From contig OX337236.1 in NCBI GenBank assembly GCA_946965045.2, positions 992,001 to 1,056,000 on the forward strand: 64,000 bases of DNA, written 5' to 3'. Of the stretch, positions 48,821 through 59,302 are shown piece after piece (the first letter of the stretch is position 1; each line of letters starts with the position of its first letter). Origin of the DNA: Epithemia pelagica. Its lineage: Eukaryota; Protista; Bacillariophyta. Position numbers and translations under genes: made by a program. Under the pieces are notes generated by a model, which searched no databases, was not told where the DNA came from, and saw only the letters and a list, made by a program, of their open reading frames with translations.

Positions 48821-50782
48821 ATGGTTCGCAATGCAACTGGGTCGCCAAGTGTGACGACGCTTCTCCTAGCTTTGATGGCGTTCGGCACCTCTACCACGGA
48901 CGCCTTTGTGGTCCCACCCTCGTACAGTGTTCGTCGCTCGGAGTCCAGTCTCTTTTCGGCCACAGAGGAAACCGAAACGACAAAGGCAACAAAGGACGAC
49001 GCATCATCGGACACTAATACTCTTTCGGAAAGTGACTTGTTCTTTCTCAAGGAAGCTTCGGCAAAATCGGAGGACGAGAAACAGAATGAGAAAAATCCAG
49101 ACGTCGAAGGTCTTCCGTGGTGGTGGGAGTTGGTCTGGAAGCTAGAAATGTTTCAACTCGGTGAGCCAGGGACGGAAATTGGATTGGGCGATTCCGCCAA
49201 TGTCCTACGAACCAATATCGAACAAATTTACGGCGGTGAACCCTCGTTGGATCGGTGCCCCATGGCGGAAGGGGCTCTCGATGATATTGGTGATGGTACC
49301 ATGTTTGTGGGGCTGCAAAATTATTACAGAAGCTATGGCAGTCCTTACAAATTGTGCTTTGGACCGAAATCCTTCTTGGTCATTTCCGACCCGGTCCAAG
49401 CCAGGCATATTCTCCGCGATGCCAACAAGTTTTACGACAAGGGTGTCTTGGCCGAAATTCTTAAACCCATTATGGGCAAGGGATTGATTCCGGCCGATCC
49501 GGAAACATGGTCCGTCCGGCGCAAACAAATTGTTCCCGCCTTTCATCAAGCTTGGCTCAACCATATGGTGAGCTTGTTTGGCAAGTGCAATGGTCCCCTT
49601 ATTGACTTGCTCAATAACAAGGTTGATCCGACCAAAAGTACCAACACCAAGGTGGAAATGGAAACCTTGTTTTGCTCCGTAGCTTTGGACATTATTGGTC
49701 TCAGTATTTTTAATTACGACTTTGGATCTGTGACAAAAGAATCACCCATCATTAAAGCTGTCTACTCCGCTCTTGTCGAAGCGGAACATCGCAGTATGAC
49801 GCCTGCACCGTATTGGGACCTGCCATTGGCCAATGAAGTGGTTCCGCGGTTGCGAAAGTTTAATGCGGACTTGAAATTACTCAATGACGTATTGGATGAA
49901 TTGATTGACAAGGCCAAGGCAACTCGAACAGTCGAAGATATTGAAGACTTGGAACAGCGGAATTACGAACAAGTCAAGGATCCCTCCATGCTCCGATTTT
50001 TGGTCGATATGCGGGGAGCCGATATTGACAATAAACAATTGCGTGACGATCTCATGACCATGTTGATTGCTGGGCACGAAACAACTGCTGCTGTCTTGAC
50101 ATGGGCACTCTTTGAATTGGTCCGAAACCCAGATTGCATGAAACAAGCCCAAGCTGAAATTGACCGTGTCATGGGCGATTCGGACCGGACACCAACGTAT
50201 CAAGATATCAAGGATCTCAAATATTTGCGACTGGTTGTGGCTGAGACGCTGCGTATGTACCCCGAACCACCCCTGCTCATTCGACGATGTCGTACTCAGC
50301 ATGATTTGCCTGCTGGCGGTGGTCGCGACGCCACTGTCATTCGTGGAATGGACATCTTCATGGCCATTTACAACATTCATCGCGACGAACGATTTTGGCC
50401 TGAACCTACCAAATTCGATCCAATGCGTTTCACCCGCCCCTATTCCAACCCCGATATCCCCGACTGGGCCGGTTTTGATCCGACCAAATGGGAAGATTCG
50501 AAACTGTATCCCACCGAGTCGGCCGCTGACTTTGCCTACCTTCCCTTTGGTGGCGGAGCACGTAAATGTGTGGGAGATGAATTTGCGACCTTGGAAGCAA
50601 CTGTTACCTTGACCATGGTGTTGAAACGATTTGACTTTGAATTTGATCCGGATTACCTGGAGGGCAAGGATGATCTCTTTAGTTCCCCGGATGGTCTGAA
50701 TCACCCAGTTGGCATGAAAACTGGGGCTACCATCCATACACGCAATGGACTACATATGCTCGTTAAGAAACGGGTACCATGA
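48821..50782 (+). CDS. Cytochrome P450 of the CYP97 family (carotenoid hydroxylase-like), plastid-targeted, 653 aa
   Basis: Signal peptide with A|FVVP cleavage motif typical of complex-plastid targeting; GDSANVLR, KGVLAEIL.PIMGKGLIPAD, AGHETT, ETLR, heme FGGGARKCVG. Confidence 0.93.
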   Translation: MVRNATGSPSVTTLLLALMAFGTSTTDAFVVPPSYSVRRSESSLFSATEETETTKATKDDASSDTNTLSESDLFFLKEASAKSEDEKQNEKNPDVEGLPWWWELVWKLEMFQLGEPGTEIGLGDSANVLRTNIEQIYGGEPSLDRCPMAEGALDDIGDGTMFVGLQNYYRSYGSPYKLCFGPKSFLVISDPVQARHILRDANKFYDKGVLAEILKPIMGKGLIPADPETWSVRRKQIVPAFHQAWLNHMVSLFGKCNGPLIDLLNNKVDPTKSTNTKVEMETLFCSVALDIIGLSIFNYDFGSVTKESPIIKAVYSALVEAEHRSMTPAPYWDLPLANEVVPRLRKFNADLKLLNDVLDELIDKAKATRTVEDIEDLEQRNYEQVKDPSMLRFLVDMRGADIDNKQLRDDLMTMLIAGHETTAAVLTWALFELVRNPDCMKQAQAEIDRVMGDSDRTPTYQDIKDLKYLRLVVAETLRMYPEPPLLIRRCRTQHDLPAGGGRDATVIRGMDIFMAIYNIHRDERFWPEPTKFDPMRFTRPYSNPDIPDWAGFDPTKWEDSKLYPTESAADFAYLPFGGGARKCVGDEFATLEATVTLTMVLKRFDFEFDPDYLEGKDDLFSSPDGLNHPVGMKTGATIHTRNGLHMLVKKRVP

Positions 50783-51266
50783 GATGTCAACATGCTTCTT
50801 AATTTTCGCAAGTAACTTTAACAGCAACCCAATGCTTTGTGATATTCACCAACCCTGACTTGGCTGCGTTTGTCGTCATGGGATATATTTTGAAAATCTT
50901 ACACCTATGCGAAGTTACGAAGGCTAAGCTCTGTCCCATTCCCATGGGGTAGGATTTCCCCAAAGCGTTGTACCTTCGACCTCTGTGACCCTTTCGATCA
51001 AGGACATGCCACACAGGGGTGAGACGGCCATCTAATCTGAGCGCTCAACTAATTATAATGGTATTTTAATTCGGTTTTACTCCGTCCGCTGAGTTTTCAA
51101 TCATCTTCGATGCTCTGGTACAGGTGTGACATTTTGTTGTTTGGGGGAAAACGGGGGACGTTTGGTCGAGTTCTGATTCAAGATGCAAGCCTTTTCGCGA
51201 TTGGGCACGATCAACCTGCCATCGTACACCATATAGCAGCCCTGGAACCTACTGAACAAAACAACA

Positions 51267-52829
51267 ATGAGTTTTGTTGATCAAGTTGCACCAATCGGAC
51301 ACCAACAGCGAGCACAGCAGTTGTTTCGACTGAGCCAGATGAAAAAGAACTGGGCAGATTACATGAAAGAAGCGACCAACGAGCTTTGGCTCTGCCTACT
51401 TCGGCTTGATCCTGACGCGATCAAGTTTCTATTGGAGAAATGGGCCATTCTCCGAGAAAAACGGCGCACTCAACAGTGCCCATGTAGCAGCATCCAAACA
51501 AATCATGATGCGGCAGAAGCATCGGGGGATGAAACAGGGGTCAAGAGACTGGAGAAGCTTCAGTTGTTCGAATGTCGGTTTGCTGACGAGAAATCAGTCA
51601 ATTGCTTGATTCAGTTCATGATTGTTGTAGGAGAAGAACTTAAGGAGCTGGATATTTCAGATGCATTCCTTGCTGACGAAGATGACTTCGTCTTGGATGA
51701 ACGGTCTCTTGTATCACTTCTTTGTGGACTGCGAAAAGTTTCATCATTGGAGCGGCTCGGACTATCGCATGCATTCTTACGTGGAGCAAAAGTTGGAGCT
51801 GCGTTCCAGAGTCTTTTGCAGTCGACTGGGAGCCATATTCGAGAACTCCGTCTCTGGGGGTGCAAAAGCGATATTCATATGTTTGACCCATTCATGGTTG
51901 GATTGCGAGGCCACAAGGGTTTAACGAATTTGTGTCTCATGGACAGCGGTGTTGACGATTTCAAGTTTGACAAGTTGGTCCAAACTATACGCTCTTCCAA
52001 CACTCGCAAAACCTTGAGAAAATTAGATCTTTCCAAGAATCGGATGACTCAACGGTCTCTTCTTGGACTATCTCAGCTGCTGAGTAGCTGCCAGAAAATT
52101 GAATCTCTCCTTCTCAACGAGTGTCGACGTCTCTGTGGCAATGTCGATTCCGAACCTTTGATAATGGCATGGTATGAGCAATTTTTGCTTTCACTTGGTA
52201 GTAACAAGGCCTTAAAGGAGTTGGGACTTTGCTCCTGTGGAATTTCAAATGATCTTGCGCTACCGTTGTTCAAAATCCTTGAGGGAAACTCTACATTGAA
52301 ACGCCTTGACATTCGAGGTATTGAACCTGTTTCCAAAGCATTGTCAACCTGTCTCTCTTCCATGCGAGGCCTGGAAGATTTGTCTGCTCATCTAGATCTC
52401 GAGTTTCCTCCGTTGAGGACGGCAATTCATTTAAATACCAGCCTTGTTGAACTCAACTGCATGCTCCAAAGATATGAAGACGAACAAAACAATTCACGAC
52501 CTGGCGATGACGAAATCTGGTGTTCGTGCTCTGACAAGTATGTATGCCGTGTCTTGCGACGCAATCGGTCGCTCAAATGTGTTCCAAAGTTTCTGATCCA
52601 CTTTGGAACTGGGCAACTCGATCCCAGTAGGTGGCCCATTTGCGCCAGGAAATTGATTGAAGATTGCCAGGAGCCGCTGCAACTGACAAATTGTTTCACC
52701 CAACCATGTTACATCTATTCCTCAAAAAGGATGCTACGTCACGGGGAGGACGCCTCAGCCTTGTATGAATTTATTCGCTCGACTTCTCTCGACATGGTAT
52801 CAATGTACAGGGGATGCTACAAGATGTGA
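51267..52829 (+). CDS. Leucine-rich-repeat protein, ribonuclease-inhibitor (RNI)-like, 520 aa
   Basis: Repeated LxxLxL units (LKELDIS, LERLGLS, IRELRLW, LRKLDLSKN, LKELGLCSCGI, LKRLDI). Confidence 0.85.
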   Translation: MSFVDQVAPIGHQQRAQQLFRLSQMKKNWADYMKEATNELWLCLLRLDPDAIKFLLEKWAILREKRRTQQCPCSSIQTNHDAAEASGDETGVKRLEKLQLFECRFADEKSVNCLIQFMIVVGEELKELDISDAFLADEDDFVLDERSLVSLLCGLRKVSSLERLGLSHAFLRGAKVGAAFQSLLQSTGSHIRELRLWGCKSDIHMFDPFMVGLRGHKGLTNLCLMDSGVDDFKFDKLVQTIRSSNTRKTLRKLDLSKNRMTQRSLLGLSQLLSSCQKIESLLLNECRRLCGNVDSEPLIMAWYEQFLLSLGSNKALKELGLCSCGISNDLALPLFKILEGNSTLKRLDIRGIEPVSKALSTCLSSMRGLEDLSAHLDLEFPPLRTAIHLNTSLVELNCMLQRYEDEQNNSRPGDDEIWCSCSDKYVCRVLRRNRSLKCVPKFLIHFGTGQLDPSRWPICARKLIEDCQEPLQLTNCFTQPCYIYSSKRMLRHGEDASALYEFIRSTSLDMVSMYRGCYKM

Positions 52830-53322
52830 TGCTGGAGACTATTTTAGTTACGCAGGGGTCGACGGACCCTCACACTTGACAGTTGAATCACGATCCCCAG
52901 GGTTGGCGTATAGTATGCCCTCCAAACGATGAATACTGGCCGAGATGACGTCGCCGCCATCTTATGTTTCGATACCGAAACTAACCTTTCGTTGACATCG
53001 AGTTCTTGTTGCGTCTAGAGGATTCATGTTCTGTGTCAGCCACCTATGTTAAAAGGTTACTGCTAACTCTGCTACCGAAATTTGACTTTTGACCAAAACA
53101 CACTTCACCTTTTTTCTTAGCTTAGGCTATCTCCACCCGGGGCCGCTAATGGTCCAAATACCGCTATTGAACTCCACCACGTCCTCTAACCGCTAAACAG
53201 CTCCCCTATCCGCTATTTTTTCCGCTATTTGGGGCCCCCAATAGCAGGAAAAATAGCGGATAGCGGTAACCGTAGGCATAAATAAATCAACGCATGATGC
53301 CAACAGCGTCCCCTTCATTTGG

Positions 53323-53604
53323 TTCTGTAGTGTTTTTGAATCTCTCCCGCCGAAGAGGTGGCATGGTAGCGATCGCATGGCATCTCTTGGGTTTCATGCT
53401 GGTGTTTTTTATGCCTCCTTCATAAAACAATCAAACAGAAAACATCGGTCGTGGGTCTGTGTATTCTGTTGTGTTTTTGAATCTCTCCCGCCGAAGAGAT
53501 GGCATGGTAGCGATCGCATGCCATCTCTTGGGTTTCATGGTTGTGTTTTCTATGCCTCCTTCATAAAACAATCAAACAGAAAACATGGGTCGTGGGTCTG
53601 TGTG
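53323..53604 (+). repeat. 141-bp tandem duplication spanning the start of Harbinger ORF2
   Basis: 53323-53463 is about equal to 53464-53604 with a few substitutions; the first copy has ATC where the second has the ATG (53585). Confidence 0.92.
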
Positions 53605-54811
53605 GTCACCTGAAGAAAAGCGCATTGCTGCACTTGCGTGGAAGAGGGCCTCTGCCGACCCTATTTCTGGTGCTGACCAGAAAGCTGATATATTCCGTGA
53701 AAAGGTAAAAGTAAACATTGCAGCACTTGCCCCACATGGTTGCGACAAACAATGCTACCACTATCGCTCCACCGCGTCCATTTTTGGACATTTGCGTGAT
53801 AGAGTTTTCGCAGACATCCAGAAGTTCAACAGTGTGTTGCGGTTGGTCGAAGGAGCAAATCTAAGTGGTGTGGACAAGCAACAGAAAATAAACATGGCAG
53901 TGGCGATTCACCTCAAAAAAAGTTCGCTTCCTTCCTACCTTTTCAAGAGCTTTGATGCATGCCAGTGGCCCAACTATCTGGCATGGATCGAATTAAAAGA
54001 TATCCCTAAATTTGCTGTTGCCGAGTCCTCTTCGTCCAACTCTGGAGAGGATGACGACGTGACGGACTCCGTTTTTGATTCCTCAGCAGACGCGGAACAA
54101 GTGGCATCTACTCCTAAGCCCAACAGCAAGAGTCGTCCTGGTGGTCGAGACATGGCAAAATCAAAAATGCTCAAGAACAAAAAGACTGATGAGACACGAG
54201 AACGGCTTGAAGAAGCAAAGAGACTCCGCCTTGCTATCGAGCACCGTAATAAACAGTTAGAGAGCATTGGGCGTCTGGCACAGCTGAAGAGTGTTATCTC
54301 ATTGTGTGGTGAGACTCACAAGGACCAAGTTTACCAACTCAAGCAACAGCTTCTTGAAGAAACCTTGCGCAAATATGGACAAAACCTGTCTAGCGCTGGT
54401 GAAGGTGAAAAAGAAAATGAACCTGGTACAAACGAAGGTGACAAGGAAAATGACCCAGAAGAAAGCACTAACTCTACAGAAATTATGGACGGCGATGAAT
54501 CTGAAGTGGCGGTTGCACTCAACCAGCTTGCGCCAACTATGGAACTCTTATCCAGAATGTTTATGTCGTTCAAAGTCCCTGGTTGCCCAAAAAAGAAAAA
54601 CCAAATGTACAAGTCAGGATCACAAATTGCTTCCAATACAAGAGTGGTGACACCCTCCTTTCCACGGAATTGCCCTTCCCAAGCTTTAGGACAGTTTTCC
54701 CAATTGAAATGCTTGCAATCCCATGACGCAAAGCAACCTGGGAAGTTACGAGCAGCATTTTTCTTCAACGCGTGCTCCTTTTCCGAAGACGAAGGTTGGC
54801 GATTTAAATAG
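53585..54811 (+). CDS. Harbinger ORF2 (Myb/SANT-like DNA-binding protein); tail after about 54530 is antisense transposase sequence
   Basis: MGRGSVWSPEEKRIAALAW..DPISGADQK; RPGGRDMAK; lies inside the TIRs. Confidence 0.8.
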   Translation: MGRGSVWSPEEKRIAALAWKRASADPISGADQKADIFREKVKVNIAALAPHGCDKQCYHYRSTASIFGHLRDRVFADIQKFNSVLRLVEGANLSGVDKQQKINMAVAIHLKKSSLPSYLFKSFDACQWPNYLAWIELKDIPKFAVAESSSSNSGEDDDVTDSVFDSSADAEQVASTPKPNSKSRPGGRDMAKSKMLKNKKTDETRERLEEAKRLRLAIEHRNKQLESIGRLAQLKSVISLCGETHKDQVYQLKQQLLEETLRKYGQNLSSAGEGEKENEPGTNEGDKENDPEESTNSTEIMDGDESEVAVALNQLAPTMELLSRMFMSFKVPGCPKKKNQMYKSGSQIASNTRVVTPSFPRNCPSQALGQFSQLKCLQSHDAKQPGKLRAAFFFNACSFSEDEGWRFK

Positions 54812-55431
54812 TCTTTGGCAAAATGTTGTTTGATAAGGGATAAGAATTGCTCAAAGGATTCATGTAAGACCGACTCAGACAAGCAAAGATTTTCATCTTC
54901 CCTGTCATCAGCATCCCCATAAGCAATCTTCCGAAAGCAAGCCACAAGACGCACAAGTGGGTTGATCCCAGGACGTCCATCAAGCATGTAATGTTGCGTG
55001 AAGCAACCACTACCATAAAGTTGGTTGTATATCTGATTGAAAACTGCGCGGGGTAATCGGAACCGACGCTCAAAGTCTGCCTCGTCGTAGATGGAGTTTT
55101 CTCCATCAAAGTAATTGCGCACCAATCGCTTGTACGCTTCGTCAAAGTCACGACTCTTGTTTGGTGCCTTTCCTTTAGGCGAACCACCATGTTGGGTGCT
55201 AGTATGTTGTTCCAGGAGGTAAGATGCAACTGTAGAAGCTACACCAATGTCAACATCTGCCTCCTGTTGGAGCAGCTCCAACAGTTCATCCAACGAGTCC
55301 TCCATCTTTTTTGAGCAAACTTTGGTCTGTTCTTGCTGACTATTGTTTGATGACTCCTCTCCCCTCTCATTCTTTAACCGAAACAAGATAGGGCATATGT
55401 GAATTTGCAAATGCCTTATCAATAGCGGCAC
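54331..55431 (-). pseudogene. Harbinger transposase, C-terminally truncated
   Basis: FERRFRLPR..F, FPGCFASWDCKH..W.NCP.AW.GQF.GK, LEAICD, GQPGTLNDINILD; after SSIVGA (about 54525) the frame reads antisense ORF2, so the last catalytic acidic residue is absent. Confidence 0.88.
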
Positions 55432-55638
55432 TATTGTATAACGGAGATCGTGGAGTTCATTTCCTCTTGGCTCCGCTAACCCGCTATCCGGATAGCGAGG
55501 CCAATCAGAAAGCTCGAATACGTCAGCATAGCGGCGCTCGGGTGGAGATAGCCTTACGTCACGCCTATCGCCTATAACACGTCAGTATATCTCTCATTTT
55601 ATCTTCGCTTCACAAATTTTGTACATGAGCAATCGACC

Positions 55639-56764
55639 ATGGATGAACAGAAAGAGATCGAACCTGGAAATAGGGTCTTCTACCCTGTTAGAAGCGATGC
55701 AAAGGCAGGTTGTCTAATGCTTTTCGGGAAGCCGGATTCTGACAATCTAGTCATAATGTGTGCAGGTTCGTAGAACGTCGATCGCGACTTACAGTTCGAC
55801 CACCTGCTATCCTTGCCCTCATAATTCTGGAAACCTCTACTGTTCTACAGGGTTTCCGAACGACCACGCTTGTTTCATGCCGCTCGCTTCTCGACTGGCA
55901 TCGGAGATGAACTGTCTGGTGGGAGTAATGGCGCTTCCCGGATACGACGATCGTCCAGAGAAACCGTGGACATCTCATCCCGCCGAAGGGTATACCTTTA
56001 ACGAATGGGCAAATGCGGTTCGTGATGCCGTGAAGGCCTTAAAAGGATACTCCATCTCGAAGTCCACACCGAAAAAACTGACTGGAATCTTTCATGATTG
56101 GGGGGTGGTTGCTGGTCTGATGCACACGAATCAGGCTTTGGAAAGTGAGTCCGATAAGGACACTACCGCAGTAGACCAAATGGTTCTATTTGATGTCCTT
56201 TTGGACGCCCATCCAGAAACACCCGGAATTGAGTCTGTCGTTGTTCCACGAAAATCGTTCTTTCGTCGAATTTACGATACCGTAACGACCTTGTCCTACC
56301 GTATTCTTTTCGCCAACGTTTACTTTACGCAAAGATTTGTCTCCAAACATCTGGCTCGCCTGAAAATGGGACTTGGACTCACATCTCTCCGAGCTCTGGG
56401 ATTAATTCCTTCGCGCCCTGTCGACGAACCGGCATGGAAAGAATACCCCGTGGATCCTAATCGATTGATGTACATGACATATCCCTACTTTGGACTTTTT
56501 CGAAGCATTGTATTTGGGAAAATGCATCGTGATTTTCGTGGCGCACACCCTCCCATCAATCTCAGAAAGACGCCTGTACTGTACATGTATGGACTGGACA
56601 AGAACATAATGTTTCACCCCGACAGCTCAGTTGCGCTGTTGCAGCAAGAAAATAAGAACGGCAACAAAAGTAATGCGATTGCGATTGAAGATGCAGGCCA
56701 CTGGCTTTACCTCCAGAAGGCCGATCAGTGCTTTGGGGAAATAAAAAGGTTCATGAGCAGCTAG
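55639..56764 (+). CDS. Alpha/beta hydrolase, epoxide-hydrolase-like (Asp nucleophile), 2 exons (55639-55765, 55851-56764), 346 aa
   Basis: Intron 55766-55850 gives LVIMCA-G-FPNDH; MALPGY, nucleophile GIFHDWG, His AGHWLY. Confidence 0.82.
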
Positions 56765-57867
56765 TGTTTAAGTGCGCTTTCTACTTTTAAGTGAAGCTGC
56801 CACAATTGCCAATGAGAGTGCTATCACACAGCATCGCTGTACTCGCTTTTCGCCAAAGAATAGCGGAGAATCTGATCAAAAGTACATATTTCTTAGACAG
56901 TTAAGAAATATAAACCAAAAACGTAGGTGTACTTCGGGTGCAAAGTGGGATTTGAGTTGCTCTTGTTCTCGTGTCTTCATTGCACAACCCAGGTTGACAG
57001 TGTCGAATAATATCGGGGTGAATGTTTGCGTATTCTTTAGCAATTCAACAGATTGAATGATGCTACATTGCTTCTTTCGGCTTTCCATCCTGTATGTGTA
57101 CCGGGTCAAGTGAAACGTCTTCAACAGGATTCTTGTTTCCTAGGCCGTCTGCATGAGCTGTTTGGTGAAATGGCTCTTCACTCGAGATTGCGATGGCGAC
57201 TTTATGGGCGTTGCCTCGAAGAGTTGGAGAGCTCGACAGTTGGAATTGATGTTCTAGTCGATCAACAGTACCAGCTTTTCGTCTTCGTAGTTGACTTCGA
57301 TTGCGACGTTGTTCCGCGTAGAGAAGATATTCATCTTCACAGCTTGCGTCAGCTTGGCGCACAAATCCAACATAACAAATCAGAAACAACAACACGTAGA
57401 CATTTCATGTTCATGTTGTGTTACGGAGACAATATTTGCGATCTGAATGCTCTATGGTTGGATTGTACTTCTCGCAGGGCAGCATTGTCGAACACAACAG
57501 TTTGTGCCACATCCAAGATCGGGACGCCAAAATTGTGAGAATGATTTTTGCTGTGGCTACCACGACTGACTTGCGTGCAGCCAAGCGCGCCGGCGAAACA
57601 GGCTTAAACAGAAATAAAGAGGAATATTCGAAACTTCATGTCCGCGTTTGGGACGACTACAGGCTTCTCACTTCTCACTTCTCACATACAATAGAATCTC
57701 GCCTAGGACCACAAATTTGCATACGGAGAAAGGAGAACTCTCTTCTGCTCATATGACGTTGGAGTATTAATAGGAGACCATTATTTCAGAATCCCAAGCT
57801 ACGTTGTTACAGTTCATATAATTGGGGATTGGGAGGTGCAATCAAGAGCATGATTTTCAGATGGGAA

Positions 57868-59005
57868 CTAGTTGTGATCGCAGGCAAAACATTCAAATGA
57901 TGACTCCAAATGCTCCATACACCCGTCAAATCCTGGTGTGTACACGGTAGCTGCGTACGGCGGTGCTCCCGGGGTGAAGTCATAGTTGTCTTGCCAGGCA
58001 CATATATCCGACTCAATAAGATTGTATTCAACAAGGGTTTCGGCCAACATCTGGTAGAAGTCTGTTGACACGGAAAGTAGGCATTGAGCAAAATATGTTA
58101 CCAATGCAGGGTCATATCAATCGATAGGCTTACCTTCGCGGCTCACTTGATACTCCCGATAGAAAGACATTGACGATGGAACGCCAGCACGGAAGGATTG
58201 AGCACTACGTGTTCGTCGTTGTACATTATCCGAGTCCACTGTCAGCGTTGTCAATTGAGATTGAAACAATGCACCATCCAGGAATACTTGGTAAAGTAAG
58301 GCATTGTCGGCCCCGATGAGTTCTGTTTTCGTATCGAAAAGGCCTGCGAAAGGTCCACTGATGCTGCCGTCATAGTCCGGGTGTCGAGCGAGTTCCTCGT
58401 CGGCTACTTGATCGGCATAAAAGATACGCGAGTTACCATTCACTCCACAAGTTCCTTCACCAACAACTGAGTCGTTTTCAGCGCACTTTTCGGTGGTTTG
58501 GGGAGGATAAAGAAAAACGTTGCGCTGGCGGTAGGCCAAACCCTGAATGTTCCCCGTGATGAATCCCTTGTATCTGTCGAACACATACGAAGTTCTGGTC
58601 AGAAGCTTACGATCATCAAGAGTAAGTTAGGGCCTGTATCACTTACGAATCGTATGGGTAGTTCCAGTTTCTCGATTCATTCGGAGTTCCGTCACCCTGA
58701 TAGAACGTATACTCGCCGACCCAATATCCCACTTCGCCCCTCCACTGTGGGAAAGAATCCAATGGAATCGGATCGTTTGTCTTCTCATACTTTTTGTCAC
58801 TGCTTTTGGATTCCTTCTTACCACCTGATTTCTTGCCAGATTTCGAATCCTTGCTTTTTGATTTCTTTCCTTTTCCACTATCATCCTTCTTTCCCAGCGC
58901 TCTACTGAAATCCTCTCCCAGCTCTCGAAGATGGGCTGTTTCCATAGCAACGCACACTTCTATCGCAATGATTACTACCAAAAGAAGCAAGCACCTGGTC
59001 GTCAT
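57868..59005 (-). CDS. Secreted protein with RxL motifs and Lys-rich segment, 3 exons (59005-58647, 58573-58134, 58061-57868), 330 aa
   Basis: Signal peptide; GT-AG introns 58574-58646 and 58062-58133 join three ORFs in frame (YPYDS|YKGFI, VSRE-D|FYQ); core YWVGEYTFY, RQRNVFLYPP, RTRSAQSF. Confidence 0.85.
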
Positions 59006-59302
59006 GTTGTTCCAGTCTCTTATGGATCTTCGATCTTCGATGAGTTTTGTATTCTGTGTATCCCTTCAACTTGTGAGGATAGATTCCACATGCCTTTCAC
59101 CTTTCACGCTGCAATATTTGCGCTCTCCTTACGTGTGTCTGTGTCTCGGCATGCGCTGCAAGAATTTGAAGTGACAGACAGTCAGTTGTCTACAATATAA
59201 CCGCACATAGGAAGTCTACCTGTGTCTGTCGTGCTTACGTTGGAGCGGGGCAGTTGATCGCACATAGACTACGACAAGCCCCACCGGACCTGGATATCTC
59301 TG

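Larger units (their letters stand above)
53125..55553. mobile_element. PIF/Harbinger DNA transposon, 2429 bp, probably internally deleted
   Basis: Perfect 15-bp TIR GGCTATCTCCACCCG (53125-53139) / CGGGTGGAGATAGCC (55539-55553); TTA on both sides (53122-24, 55554-56); many subterminal CCGCTA/TAGCGG motifs; convergent Myb-like and transposase ORFs. Confidence 0.95.

Noticed and set aside
49877-50737. 286-aa antisense ORF within CYP97
   Set aside because: Typical antisense shadow of a codon-biased gene.
57053-57756. ORFs 57053-57538 (+), 57063-57395 (-), 57418-57756 (+)
   Set aside because: No recognisable motifs or consistent splice model; left uncalled.
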